From: a bacterium
Lineage (GTDB): Bacteria; Bacillota; Clostridia; Oscillospirales; Acutalibacteraceae
Assembly (NCBI GenBank): GCA_963633095.1
Contig: CAVGWP010000001.1
Location: forward strand, 283-64,282
DNA: 64,000 nucleotides
Reading direction: 5' to 3'
The position numbers and the translations under genes are program-made. This document shows positions 1-8,601 of this stretch, piece by piece. The notes under the pieces were generated by a model. It was given only the letters and a program-made list of their open reading frames with translations, made no database searches and was not told the DNA's origin. Each line of letters opens with the position of its first letter. Within the stretch, counting starts at the first letter, position 1.

Positions 1-762
1 CTCAGTAAGATCGCAAAAGGCACTTCCGGCTTCACAGGTGCCGATCTTGAAAATCTTTTGAACGAAGCGGCGCTTCTTGCGGCGAGACAGGATAAAAAGG
101 CGATCACAATGGAAAATGTCGATGAAGCGACTATCAAGGTAATGATGGGCACTGAGAAGAAGTCCCATGTCGTGACCGACAGGGATAAGTGGATCACCTC
201 GTATCACGAGGCGGGTCACGCTATCGTTTCTTATTTCCTGCCGACTCAGGATCCCGTTCATCAGATATCGATCGTGCCGCGCGGTCTTGCTGCAGGCTAC
301 ACGATGTATATTCCGAATAACGATGACCGCCATGTTTCGCGCACAAAACTGCGCGAGCAGATCTGCTCGCTGCTCGGAGGCAGAGCCGCCGAAGAGCTCA
401 CGCAGGACGATGTCTGCACAGGCGCATCCAACGATATTCAGCGCGCAAGCGAGATCGCAAGAGCGATGGTCACAAAGTACGGCTTTTCCGACCGTATCGG
501 ACCGCTCGCGCTCGGCAATAATAATGAGGAGGTTTTCCTCGGCCGCGACCTCGGCTCTCACCAGAATTACAGTGAGGAGATCGCCGCGATCATTGATGAA
601 GAGGTCAAGAAGATCGTCGTCACCGAGTATGATAAGGCGAAAGAATTGCTCAGAGAGCATATGGCTCAGCTCGGTCATATCGCGCAGGTGCTGTTCACCT
701 CCGAAAAGATCGACGGCGCGGAGTTCCGCAGCTATATGAAGGAAAGTCTTATCGAAGCATAA
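1..762 (+). CDS. ftsH: ATP-dependent zinc metalloprotease FtsH, C-terminal part (5' end is upstream of the window)
   Basis: Frame 1 is open from base 1 (LSKIAKGTSGFTGADLENLLNEAALLAAR...). It carries the M41 zinc motif HEAGHA followed by an FtsH-type C-terminal helical region. Stop at 760-762. Confidence 0.95.
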   Translation, partial: LSKIAKGTSGFTGADLENLLNEAALLAARQDKKAITMENVDEATIKVMMGTEKKSHVVTDRDKWITSYHEAGHAIVSYFLPTQDPVHQISIVPRGLAAGYTMYIPNNDDRHVSRTKLREQICSLLGGRAAEELTQDDVCTGASNDIQRASEIARAMVTKYGFSDRIGPLALGNNNEEVFLGRDLGSHQNYSEEIAAIIDEEVKKIVVTEYDKAKELLREHMAQLGHIAQVLFTSEKIDGAEFRSYMKESLIEA

Positions 763-767
763 AAATT

Positions 768-803
768 AAAGGGACTGTGATTTTGCAGTCCCTTTGTGCT
801 GTT
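768..803 (+). terminator. Intrinsic terminator after ftsH
   Basis: Arms AAAGGGACTG and CAGTCCCTTT pair perfectly (10 bp), followed by a T-rich tail. Confidence 0.7.
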
Positions 804-853
804 TATGGGACAGTTGAAAGAATAAAATAAGAAAAAACGATGGGGGAGTTTGT

Positions 854-1561
854 ATGAGCGATAAAAAACAAAACAAGAACTTGATCAATTTTATTTTGAT
901 TATGCTAATTGCGATAGTAGTGATAGGCACACCTATCTTGGCTGAATACACTCAAAAGGCGGAAATACGCGAGAGAACATATGAAAATCTGCAAAATCAT
1001 ATGCTTAAGGAGAATTTTGACTCTGCAAAGAAAAAATTTGACGAACTTCCGGCTGATTATAAGTCGGTGGATATGCTTGAGGATTATTGCAAAGCAAGGA
1101 TATATTTCATAAAAGGAGAGTACAGCGCCGCTGTGCAATACTGCGGATATATCGATATCGCGTCGCTCGATGTGAAACCCGAAATGAAAGCGCAAATCGA
1201 GGAGTTTGTTAAGTCGGCAGGCGGCTCGTTTAATGTCGGAAAGTACACAACAACGACTACGACTGCCACTACTGCCACGACAACTGCCGCTGCGACTGAG
1301 AAAAAGACCGAGACGCCGACATCGACGACAAAGAAAAAAACGACATACAGCTATCGAGGCAGCGGAAAAAACAGCAAATCCGATAAGTACAACACAGATA
1401 TGTACAGCGATCCCGAGGACTTTTATTATGATAACTACGACGATTTCTATGAATATGAGGACGCCGAGGATTATTACAATTCCTATCAGAAAAACAAAAA
1501 GAAGAACAGCAAAACGAAAAAAAGCAGGCTGGACAGTTATTACAGCGACTACGATGACTGA
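854..1561 (+). CDS. Hypothetical membrane-anchored protein with poly-Thr linker and acidic Tyr-rich tail
   Basis: ATG lies 5 nt after GGGGGAG. It has an N-terminal hydrophobic helix (LINFILIMLIAIVVIGTPIL) and a helical segment. A TTTTTATTATTTAAAT linker follows, then a K-rich stretch and the tail DPEDFYYDNYDDFYEYEDAEDYY. No catalytic motif recognised. Confidence 0.7.
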   Translation: MSDKKQNKNLINFILIMLIAIVVIGTPILAEYTQKAEIRERTYENLQNHMLKENFDSAKKKFDELPADYKSVDMLEDYCKARIYFIKGEYSAAVQYCGYIDIASLDVKPEMKAQIEEFVKSAGGSFNVGKYTTTTTTATTATTTAAATEKKTETPTSTTKKKTTYSYRGSGKNSKSDKYNTDMYSDPEDFYYDNYDDFYEYEDAEDYYNSYQKNKKKNSKTKKSRLDSYYSDYDD

Positions 1562-1691
1562 TCGGCGATAATATCGCAGATATGCCGCCGGTCAAGCGTT
1601 GTAAATAGGGTAATCTTATATCTGATCTGTGTGCGGAGTGTGTGTCGCGCAAGTCGTAAAAATTGCAAAAATAAAGAAAAGAGGAGAATAT

Positions 1692-2180
1692 ATGATAGAT
1701 TTTAAATTTTCAAAAGAATCAAATGAGAAGGCAATGAAAAAGTGGGGTATTACGGTTGATGAAGCTGCTCGGGCTTTTGCCGAAGACCCTCAAAACGAAG
1801 AAAAACGAATGTGGTTTTATCGTGCAATAGACGCTGCGAGCGAGCAGGAGCAATTACACGGTAAATACATCTTGAAGCCTGATACTATAATAAAACTTAA
1901 TGAGCTCCTAAAATATTATAAAAGACTCATAAAGTATGATCAAATCATGTGGGACGACGACATAGGATTTTCATATGTTCCCGATTATAGGCGCGATTGT
2001 GTTTCTTTAATTTGCAAGTCGATCGCGCTCAACATAAGCTCCGAACCGCATGACAGAGAGATATGGGATAATATTATGTCACTGTGCAATTGCGTTGGTT
2101 TCAGAGCTTCTCAAAACAAAAATCCATTGTTGATTATTGAATTTGAGATAAAAGACGCATTTATTCATATAGATGATTAA
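1692..2180 (+). CDS. Hypothetical cytoplasmic protein (orphan, AT-rich gene)
   Basis: ATG at 1692 lies downstream of AAGAGGAG. The ORF-track start at 1629 has no RBS. No TM segment and no recognisable motif. Composition is clearly more AT-rich than the flanks. Confidence 0.6.
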   Translation: MIDFKFSKESNEKAMKKWGITVDEAARAFAEDPQNEEKRMWFYRAIDAASEQEQLHGKYILKPDTIIKLNELLKYYKRLIKYDQIMWDDDIGFSYVPDYRRDCVSLICKSIALNISSEPHDREIWDNIMSLCNCVGFRASQNKNPLLIIEFEIKDAFIHIDD

Positions 2181-2228
2181 CAATTAAAACAGGCTATGCT
2201 CCGAGGCCGAACTCCTCTCTCAAAACGC

Positions 2229-2260
2229 AAAAAAGAACGCCGTCATAAAAAAACGGCGCT
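2229..2260 (-). terminator. Orphan intrinsic terminator oriented on the minus strand
   Basis: The minus strand reads AGCGCCGT-TTTTTTATG-ACGGCGTT followed by CTTTTTTGCGTTTT. The plus strand has no U-tail. No credible minus-strand gene lies upstream of it. Confidence 0.4.
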
Positions 2261-2420
2261 CAGTCGGAAAAGCAAACGCACAAAAGATCCGACCGAGAAT
2301 ATGTTGCCCCGAAAGCCGTGCGTATATACATAAAAATATTATCTCCGTGGTTAAAATGCATAAATTTCAAACGCTTGATTGAGCAGTATTTACAAATAAA
2401 TTTTTGTTGAGCGAATGACC

Positions 2421-2449
2421 TTGAATTTCGCATTTTTTTATGATAAGAT
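2421..2449 (+). promoter_or_regulatory. Sigma-A type promoter for the dockerin protein gene
   Basis: TTGAAT, 17-nt spacer, TAAGAT, about 35 nt upstream of the GGAGG RBS and ATG 2484. Confidence 0.5.
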
Positions 2450-2483
2450 ATATGTGCAAAATTATTTTTTTGGAGGAATTTAA

Positions 2484-4871
2484 ATGAAAAGAAGAACCTC
2501 AAAACTTCTTGCTTTTATTCTCTCTGCCTGCGTGCTGATGAGTATGTTCTCAGTAATGGGAGTGCTTTCTTCATCGGCTGACAGCTACGGCAGCGAGACT
2601 CTCTTCAAGTTTTCCCCGGAAAGCGTCGGAGAGGGAAGCGCGATCGGCAGTCTTTCCTATACGGATGACGGTACACTTACCCTCACCAGCGACGGCGAAC
2701 CTCAGGACTATGCAAAGGGCGAATACATAAAGCAGGCGTTTTCTATCGGCAATTCCGAAGCAGCTATCGCAGCTGTTCAGGCAAACCGTGCTGAGAACCG
2801 TATTGCAACCGATGTCACTCTTTCGACCTGCACCTGCATCTTCGAGTTCAGCGACAACCCTGTTAAATCGGTTGAAGTTCAGCTCATGCTTTACGGTAAA
2901 GATGCATCGGGCAACCAGCTCGTCACAAAGACCTCTGCTTACATGAAAGAGGGCGACACAAGAACAGTTATTTTCGACATTCCCGAGAAAATGGTCTCTG
3001 CCGATACACTTGTTATCTGCTTCGAGAACAATATCTCCGGTATGAACGATACCGCTAAGAAAGACTGCGGCCCGAAGGATATTGTCGCAGACTTCTCATC
3101 CCTCAAGCTCTACACCGTTGAAAACGGCGTTGCTTCCTCGACTGCTGCTGCAGGCTGTGTCTACGACTGGTCGGAAACAGACGCTTATGCAATGCTCGGT
3201 TCGGGTCCGCTGATCCGTGACGCAGGCGTTCAGTTTAAGCATGATGCTGCCTCTTTCTATCCGGTCGGCGCTATGAACATTGCCAGCGACGAAAGCTATG
3301 TTAAGTTCCATCCGACTGAGTGGCAGTGGGAAGATACCGGTATCAAGGTATATCCTAAGGAAGGCGCTTTCAAGGGATACGACGGCATGAGCATGTATGT
3401 TCTTGTTGACAAGGACGAGCAGTTCATTAAGTGGGATTATCCGGATTATTCGATAGCTCCGTTCTCGATGACTATTCAGTGTGCAGTTCCTTCCCGCGAT
3501 GAGGACGGTAACTTCCTCAATGAGGACGAAGAAATTGTCGATACAATGGAAGAAGCTTACGTTGATATTGCTTACTTCAAGATCAATGAGATCGGCGTTT
3601 CCAACGATAAATACACAGCAACTACAACTAATGCGATCACAGCAGGCACACCGTATAAGCTTGATGTTAACTTCTCATCGCTTGCTCAGACAACACCGTG
3701 GCCGCAGATCGACCTTTGGGAGTGGGATTCGCTCGGCGATGACTATCCGGACGGTACAAAGCTTTCCGATCACATCAGCCTTATCTCGCTCGGCCGTGCA
3801 ACAATGGCTAACGATTGCTATGTGAACTACACAGTTTCGGATATCTACGGTATGAACAACGGCGTTTCAACTCTGCCGGAGATCACACCTGTTCCGACAA
3901 CTACAACAACAACTACCACTACTACAACCACAACCACAACCACTACTACCACTACAACAACTCAGCCGACAACAACAACTACCACTACTACCACAACTGC
4001 TCCGACAACTACCACAACGACTAATCCCGATCCGGTAGGCACTAAAGAAGCTATCCTTTCGTTCGACACAACCGGCAGAAACTATACAGACTGCTGGGGC
4101 ATGGCTACAAAGTGGTCAGGCGGTACATCCAACGGCAACGGAGCAAATATGAAGAACGGTCTTGTTTCTTCCGCAGACGGCAACCTCATCATTTCAACTC
4201 CGAACGGTTCTACTGCTTATATGATCCAGCAGCAGCTTTGGGGCGATCAGAGTAAAAACGCTCAGAATGCTTATAAGAAAGCCGTCGCAGCTCTCGGTAG
4301 CGACACGACCGGCAAGAAACTTCAGTTCACTGTGACCAACAACTCGACTTCAAATCCGCTTAAGTTTGGCTTCAAGCTGACTTGCCCGGGAGATGTCGGC
4401 GTGTTCAACTACAACACCAACGAAACACAGTTTATTGTTAAAAGCGGCGAGACAAAGGAAATCACACTCGAGCTTCCGGAAGGAAAGACATTCCCTGAAA
4501 CAATGACCAGCGGCACAGATACTTATAATGCCGCTCTCAGCCTTGAATTTAATGCCGTTTCGCTGAGCACGGATGAGTCCGGTTGGACAAACGGCGACAT
4601 CAATGTTGCTGTAAGCCCGATCTATCTCGTATCCGGTGAAGCTCCCGAAACAACTACAACCACCACAACAACTGCTAAGCCGTCCGCTCTTTCCGGCGAC
4701 GCTAACAATGACGGTGTTGTAAATGTTCTCGACCTTATCAGAATCAAGAGATACATTGCGGATAAATCGATTGATATCAACACTGAGAATGCTGATATCA
4801 ACGGCGACGGTGCTGTAAATGCGATCGATGTTTACGCACTTCTCGACAGACTCTGCGATCCTTCTAAATAA
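2484..4871 (+). CDS. Secreted multi-domain dockerin-containing (cellulosome-type) protein, catalytic/binding domains unassigned
   Basis: Signal peptide MKRRTSKLLAFILSACVLMSMFSVMGVLSSSADS. There are two long poly-Thr linkers. The C-terminal type-I dockerin has two Ca-binding segments (GDANNDGVVNVLDLIRIKRYI and ADINGDGAVNAIDVYALLDRL). Confidence 0.9.
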   Translation: MKRRTSKLLAFILSACVLMSMFSVMGVLSSSADSYGSETLFKFSPESVGEGSAIGSLSYTDDGTLTLTSDGEPQDYAKGEYIKQAFSIGNSEAAIAAVQANRAENRIATDVTLSTCTCIFEFSDNPVKSVEVQLMLYGKDASGNQLVTKTSAYMKEGDTRTVIFDIPEKMVSADTLVICFENNISGMNDTAKKDCGPKDIVADFSSLKLYTVENGVASSTAAAGCVYDWSETDAYAMLGSGPLIRDAGVQFKHDAASFYPVGAMNIASDESYVKFHPTEWQWEDTGIKVYPKEGAFKGYDGMSMYVLVDKDEQFIKWDYPDYSIAPFSMTIQCAVPSRDEDGNFLNEDEEIVDTMEEAYVDIAYFKINEIGVSNDKYTATTTNAITAGTPYKLDVNFSSLAQTTPWPQIDLWEWDSLGDDYPDGTKLSDHISLISLGRATMANDCYVNYTVSDIYGMNNGVSTLPEITPVPTTTTTTTTTTTTTTTTTTTTTTQPTTTTTTTTTTAPTTTTTTNPDPVGTKEAILSFDTTGRNYTDCWGMATKWSGGTSNGNGANMKNGLVSSADGNLIISTPNGSTAYMIQQQLWGDQSKNAQNAYKKAVAALGSDTTGKKLQFTVTNNSTSNPLKFGFKLTCPGDVGVFNYNTNETQFIVKSGETKEITLELPEGKTFPETMTSGTDTYNAALSLEFNAVSLSTDESGWTNGDINVAVSPIYLVSGEAPETTTTTTTTAKPSALSGDANNDGVVNVLDLIRIKRYIADKSIDINTENADINGDGAVNAIDVYALLDRLCDPSK

Positions 4872-4893
4872 TCGGTTTTGATCTGAGTTTAAA

Positions 4894-4927
4894 CACCTCT
4901 TGCGGGTCTTGCAAGAGGTGTTTTGTT
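4894..4927 (+). terminator. Intrinsic terminator after the dockerin gene
   Basis: CACCTCTTGC and GCAAGAGGTG pair perfectly, followed by TTTTGTT. Confidence 0.85.
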
Positions 4928-4959
4928 ATTCGCTTTTATTAGCTGAATTTTTTATAAAA

Positions 4960-4993
4960 CACAAAGCGGACTCATCATAGAGTCCGCTTTGTG
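4960..4993 (-). terminator. Intrinsic terminator after hpt
   Basis: CACAAAGCGGACTC and GAGTCCGCTTTGTG pair perfectly. The minus strand continues TTTTATAAAAAATT. Confidence 0.8.
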
Positions 4994-5021
4994 AAGAAAT
5001 GCTTTTAAGAAGCATAGAAGA

Positions 5022-5585
5022 TCAATTGTTTTCGTAGACCGAGGGGTCAAGCACGCCGATATACGGCAGATTGCGGTAAAGCTCGTTGTAATCAAGACCG
5101 TAGCCTATAACAAACTCATCGGGAATCTCGATCCCGCGGAAATCGACTGTTACATCGACCTTGCGGCGCTCGGGCTTGTCAAGCAGTGTGCAAAGGCGAA
5201 CATCGTCCGCACCCTTTGCTTTGAGATACTTCATAATGCAGGAAAGCGTGTTGCCCGAATCAAGAATATCCTCAACGACCAAAAGATCATAGTTTTGAAG
5301 ATCCTGGCACTTCAGATCAAGCCGCAGATTAACATTTCCGCACGAAACTGTGCTTGAGCCGTAGGACGAAGCCTGCATAAAATCGATCGTCAGCGGATGC
5401 TTGATACGGCGCATAAGGTCAGTCATAAAAACGACCGAGCCCTTGAGTATGCCGACCATCATCAGCGGCTTTTTCGAGTTTGCATAGTGGCAGTCGATTT
5501 CATTGGCAAGCCGCTCGACTGTTGCCTGAAGCTCCTGCTCTGTTATTAAAACTTTTTGAATATCCTTGTTTTCGGTTATGTCCAT
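5022..5585 (-). CDS. hpt: Hypoxanthine phosphoribosyltransferase
   Basis: Full-length 187 aa with the PRPP-binding loop LLVVEDILDSGNTL and the characteristic IGYGLDY motif. RBS GAAAGGAC. Confidence 0.93.
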   Translation of the reverse strand: MDITENKDIQKVLITEQELQATVERLANEIDCHYANSKKPLMMVGILKGSVVFMTDLMRRIKHPLTIDFMQASSYGSSTVSCGNVNLRLDLKCQDLQNYDLLVVEDILDSGNTLSCIMKYLKAKGADDVRLCTLLDKPERRKVDVTVDFRGIEIPDEFVIGYGLDYNELYRNLPYIGVLDPSVYENN

Positions 5586-5733
5586 TTTTATTTGTCCTTT
5601 CGGTTTTGCTACACTACAATTTTACCATAACAATGAGTGTAATTTATGAATAAATTGTGAACACAAAGCTTTGTAATTATGCTTTTCTTTTCTTTAAAAC
5701 TGTGATAAAATATTCTTGTAGCTGAAAACCGAG

Positions 5734-6255
5734 GTGATCCGATTGAACGATTTTGACAGCATGCTTCACATAGTCACAGAGCAGGCAATCGAGCTCGGCA
5801 TACCCGTGCCGAGCAATATTTCTCCGCACATTGTGCCGAACAGCCGAGCTGTCAAGCGGTTTGGGCTGTGCAGGAAAACAGGCTCGGTGTATGTGATCGA
5901 GCTTGCCTCAAGGTTAGCTTTCGCACCGCGCACCGCCTGCATGACAACTATTGCCCACGAACTGCTCCATACCTGTCCGGGCTGTGATAATCACGGTGCG
6001 CAGTGGAAACAATATGCCGCCCTGATGAACTCTGCTTACGGCTATAATATCAGCCGAACATCGTCCTGCGAGGCACTCGGTGTTGACGATATATCCAAGG
6101 CAAAATATACGCTTGTTTGCCAAAACTGCGGCAGTGAGATCAAAAGGGAACGAATGTGTCCGCTTGTGAAACGCCCTCAGAGATACCGCTGTAAATGCGG
6201 CGGCAAGCTGAAACTTTTGAAAAATCAGTCCGATCTGCTTGAAAATCGGAGATAA
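5734..6255 (+). CDS. SprT-like zinc metallopeptidase-domain protein
   Basis: HELLH zinc motif plus a C-terminal Cys4 ribbon (CQNCG...CKCGG). The true start may be TTG 5743, 5 nt after AGGTGA. Confidence 0.7.
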   Translation: MIRLNDFDSMLHIVTEQAIELGIPVPSNISPHIVPNSRAVKRFGLCRKTGSVYVIELASRLAFAPRTACMTTIAHELLHTCPGCDNHGAQWKQYAALMNSAYGYNISRTSSCEALGVDDISKAKYTLVCQNCGSEIKRERMCPLVKRPQRYRCKCGGKLKLLKNQSDLLENRR

Positions 6256-6297
6256 AGATGTTAAAATCAAAATAGATTAAAAAAGGAGCTTAAAATT

Positions 6298-6807
6298 ATG
6301 GAGAAAAAAGTTGCACAACTCATCAATGACCAGATAAACAAGGAGCTTTATTCGGCTTATCTTTACCTCGATTTCGCAAATTTTTATGCCGACGCAGGGC
6401 TTGACGGCTTTGAGAATTGGTACACGATCCAGGCTCAGGAAGAGCGCGACCATGCAATGCTTTTCTACAAGTATCTGCACAATAACGATGAAAAGGTAAC
6501 ACTTGAAGCGATAGCGAAGCCCGATGTCGAGCTGACAGATAATATGTCGCCGCTCAAAGCAGGACTTAAGCATGAGCAGTATGTCACAAGCCTTATCAAC
6601 GATATCTATGCGGCAGCTTTTGAATCAAGGGATTTTCGCACAATGCAGCTGCTCGATTGGTTTGTTAAGGAGCAGGGCGAAGAGGAGAAAAACGCCGCCG
6701 ACCTTATCACCAAAATGGAGCTCTACGGTTCGGACGCTAAGGGACTTTATATGCTCAACAGCGAGCTCGGCGCCCGTGTCTATACCGCTCCGTCGCTTGT
6801 TCTTTAA
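6298..6807 (+). CDS. ftnA: Non-heme ferritin
   Basis: 169 aa. The ferroxidase-centre pattern (ELYSAYLYL...QEERDHA...EQ) is typical of bacterial Ftn. RBS AAAGGAG. Confidence 0.9.
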   Translation: MEKKVAQLINDQINKELYSAYLYLDFANFYADAGLDGFENWYTIQAQEERDHAMLFYKYLHNNDEKVTLEAIAKPDVELTDNMSPLKAGLKHEQYVTSLINDIYAAAFESRDFRTMQLLDWFVKEQGEEEKNAADLITKMELYGSDAKGLYMLNSELGARVYTAPSLVL

Positions 6808-6861
6808 TATTAGGCGTAGTTCGGGATCAAATTATCAAAGCAAAAGCAGGAGTGTTTTTTT

Positions 6862-8190
6862 ATGATATATCAGCGCGAGATCAAAGAAAACAACGAATAT
6901 GATGTGATCGTTGCAGGCGGCGGCCCGTCCGGCTGTGCTGCGGCGGCTGCGAGCGCGAGAGAGGGCAAGAAAACGCTGCTCATAGAGAGCGACGGCTTTT
7001 TAGGCGGCATGGCGACCTCGGGACTCGTTCCCGCGTGGTGTCCGTTTTCCGACGGCGAAAAGATCATCTATAAAGGGCTTGCAGAGCGTGTTTTCCGCGC
7101 CGCGACAAAGCCCATGGCTCATATTGATGAGAACCGTCAGTTCGATTGGATCCCGATCGACGCTGAGGTCTTAAAGCGGGTCTATGATGAAATGATGCTT
7201 GAGTTCGGGGTGGACACTATGTTTCACAGCACCGTTTGCGACACTGTTTGCAATGGTGCAAAGCTTGAAAAAATCATTGTTTCAAACAAGGCGGGGCTCA
7301 CTGCTTACAGTGCAAAAATGTTCATCGATTGCACAGGAGACGCCGATCTTGCAGTAGGCGCGGGTGCTGAGTATCACTTCGGAGACGGCGGCGAGGTCCA
7401 ACCCTCGACAATGTGCTTCACTATTGCAAATGTCGATCAGTATTACTATCCGCTTATCGGAAATATGTATCCCTCGAATGAAAATTCAAAGGTGTTCGAT
7501 ATGATCGCGGATGAAAAATATCCGCTTATAACCGACAACCATATGTGTCAGTCGCTGATCGGCGACGGCGTTGTAGGCTTTAATGCAGGTCATATTTTCG
7601 GAGTCGATAATACCGATCCGATGAGCGTATCATCGGCGGAAATCCAGGGCAGACAGCTTGCATTCCAGCTACACAGCGCGCTTGCGGAGTACTGCCCGAA
7701 GGTCTACGGCAATTCGCACCTTGTGCAGACATCGCCGAGGATCGGCGTGAGAGAGTCGCGCAGAATTGTCGGCGAATATGTCCTCACGATCGACGACTAT
7801 CTTGCGCGCCGCAGTTTTGACGATGAGATCGGCAGAAACTGCTATTATATCGATATTCACAAGGGCGAGCAGGAGGCTAAGGCGATAAACAACCGCGACG
7901 CTTTCAATAAAATGGAGAGCGACGCGATCAGATACAAGCGCGGCGAAAGCCACGGTATTCCGTATCGCTGCCTTGTGCCTAAGGGTGTTGATAATGTGCT
8001 TGTCGCGGGGCGTTCGATCTCAAGCGATCGCATTGTGCAGGGCAGTGTGAGAGTCATGCCGACCTGCCTTGTAACAGGTGAGGCGGCAGGCGTTGCGGCG
8101 GCTGTTTGTTGCGACAGCGGTGCTAAAGCCAAAAATGCCGATGTGGCTCTTATCAGAGAGAAGCTCAGCCAAAACGGCTGTATGATCTGA
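6862..8190 (+). CDS. FAD-dependent oxidoreductase (function unassigned)
   Basis: N-terminal dinucleotide fold VIVAGGGPSGCAAAAASAREG. 442 aa. No terminator between it and ferritin. Confidence 0.75.
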   Translation: MIYQREIKENNEYDVIVAGGGPSGCAAAAASAREGKKTLLIESDGFLGGMATSGLVPAWCPFSDGEKIIYKGLAERVFRAATKPMAHIDENRQFDWIPIDAEVLKRVYDEMMLEFGVDTMFHSTVCDTVCNGAKLEKIIVSNKAGLTAYSAKMFIDCTGDADLAVGAGAEYHFGDGGEVQPSTMCFTIANVDQYYYPLIGNMYPSNENSKVFDMIADEKYPLITDNHMCQSLIGDGVVGFNAGHIFGVDNTDPMSVSSAEIQGRQLAFQLHSALAEYCPKVYGNSHLVQTSPRIGVRESRRIVGEYVLTIDDYLARRSFDDEIGRNCYYIDIHKGEQEAKAINNRDAFNKMESDAIRYKRGESHGIPYRCLVPKGVDNVLVAGRSISSDRIVQGSVRVMPTCLVTGEAAGVAAAVCCDSGAKAKNADVALIREKLSQNGCMI

Positions 8191-8195
8191 ACATG

Positions 8196-8230
8196 AAAAA
8201 ACCACCGTCTTTTTTAAGACGGTGGTTTTC
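8196..8230. terminator. Bidirectional intrinsic terminator
   Basis: ACCACCGTCT and AGACGGTGGT pair perfectly, flanked by an A-run on one side and a T-run on the other. It sits between convergent genes. Confidence 0.85.
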
Positions 8231-8242
8231 ACATTCGCAGAC

Positions 8243-8515
8243 TTATTTTTTAAGGGCTCTCTCAAGCCAGACATAGCCGAGATCCATAGCCTCGAAAAAG
8301 CCGTTTTTAACGCTCGACTTTACAGCCTTATCGCGCTCGGCGGTTTCGATAAGCTCAATCTTGATCTCTTTCGAGAGCTTTATATCGCCCGACTTATCAG
8401 CGTCCAGCACTGTGAACCTAACGGCAAATTCATCGTTCATATTGCCATAGTAGATCACATCGCCCGAACGCACGAGCGGCCTGCCCTTATATTCCAAAAA
8501 CTTGCCTTCAGCCAT
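8243..8515 (-). CDS. Small hypothetical protein (90 aa)
   Basis: ATG 8515 is preceded by AAGGAG. The ORF-track start at 8548 has no RBS. It has its own promoter at 8561-8589. No recognisable motif. Confidence 0.6.
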   Translation of the reverse strand: MAEGKFLEYKGRPLVRSGDVIYYGNMNDEFAVRFTVLDADKSGDIKLSKEIKIELIETAERDKAVKSSVKNGFFEAMDLGYVWLERALKK

Positions 8516-8560
8516 GCAAAATTCTCCTTTACAAATATCTTTTCTCAAATCCTAAATAAC

Positions 8561-8589
8561 ATTATAGCATAAGAGCACCGTTTTGTAAA
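8561..8589 (-). promoter_or_regulatory. Sigma-A type promoter for the 90-aa gene
   Basis: The minus strand reads TTTACA, 17-nt spacer, TATAAT. Confidence 0.5.
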
Positions 8590-8601
8590 GGGATTTTCGG
8601 C

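Noticed and set aside
1206-1652. ORFs 1206-1571(+) and 1269-1652(-), which overlap the 854-1561 gene.
   Set aside because: They are alternative-frame readings of the simple-sequence (Thr/Lys/Asp-Tyr) region. They are highly basic, low-complexity translations with no RBS.
2260-2502. An 80-aa minus-strand ORF between the orphan gene and the dockerin gene.
   Set aside because: It has no RBS at any internal ATG, overlaps the dockerin promoter, RBS and start, and has an AT-rich, non-protein-like composition. Only the terminator at its 3' end is retained as an observation.
3815-4024. A 69-aa ORF reading NNNYHYYNHNHNHYYHYNN inside the dockerin gene.
   Set aside because: It is a frame-shifted reading of the poly-Thr codon tract and is not independent coding.
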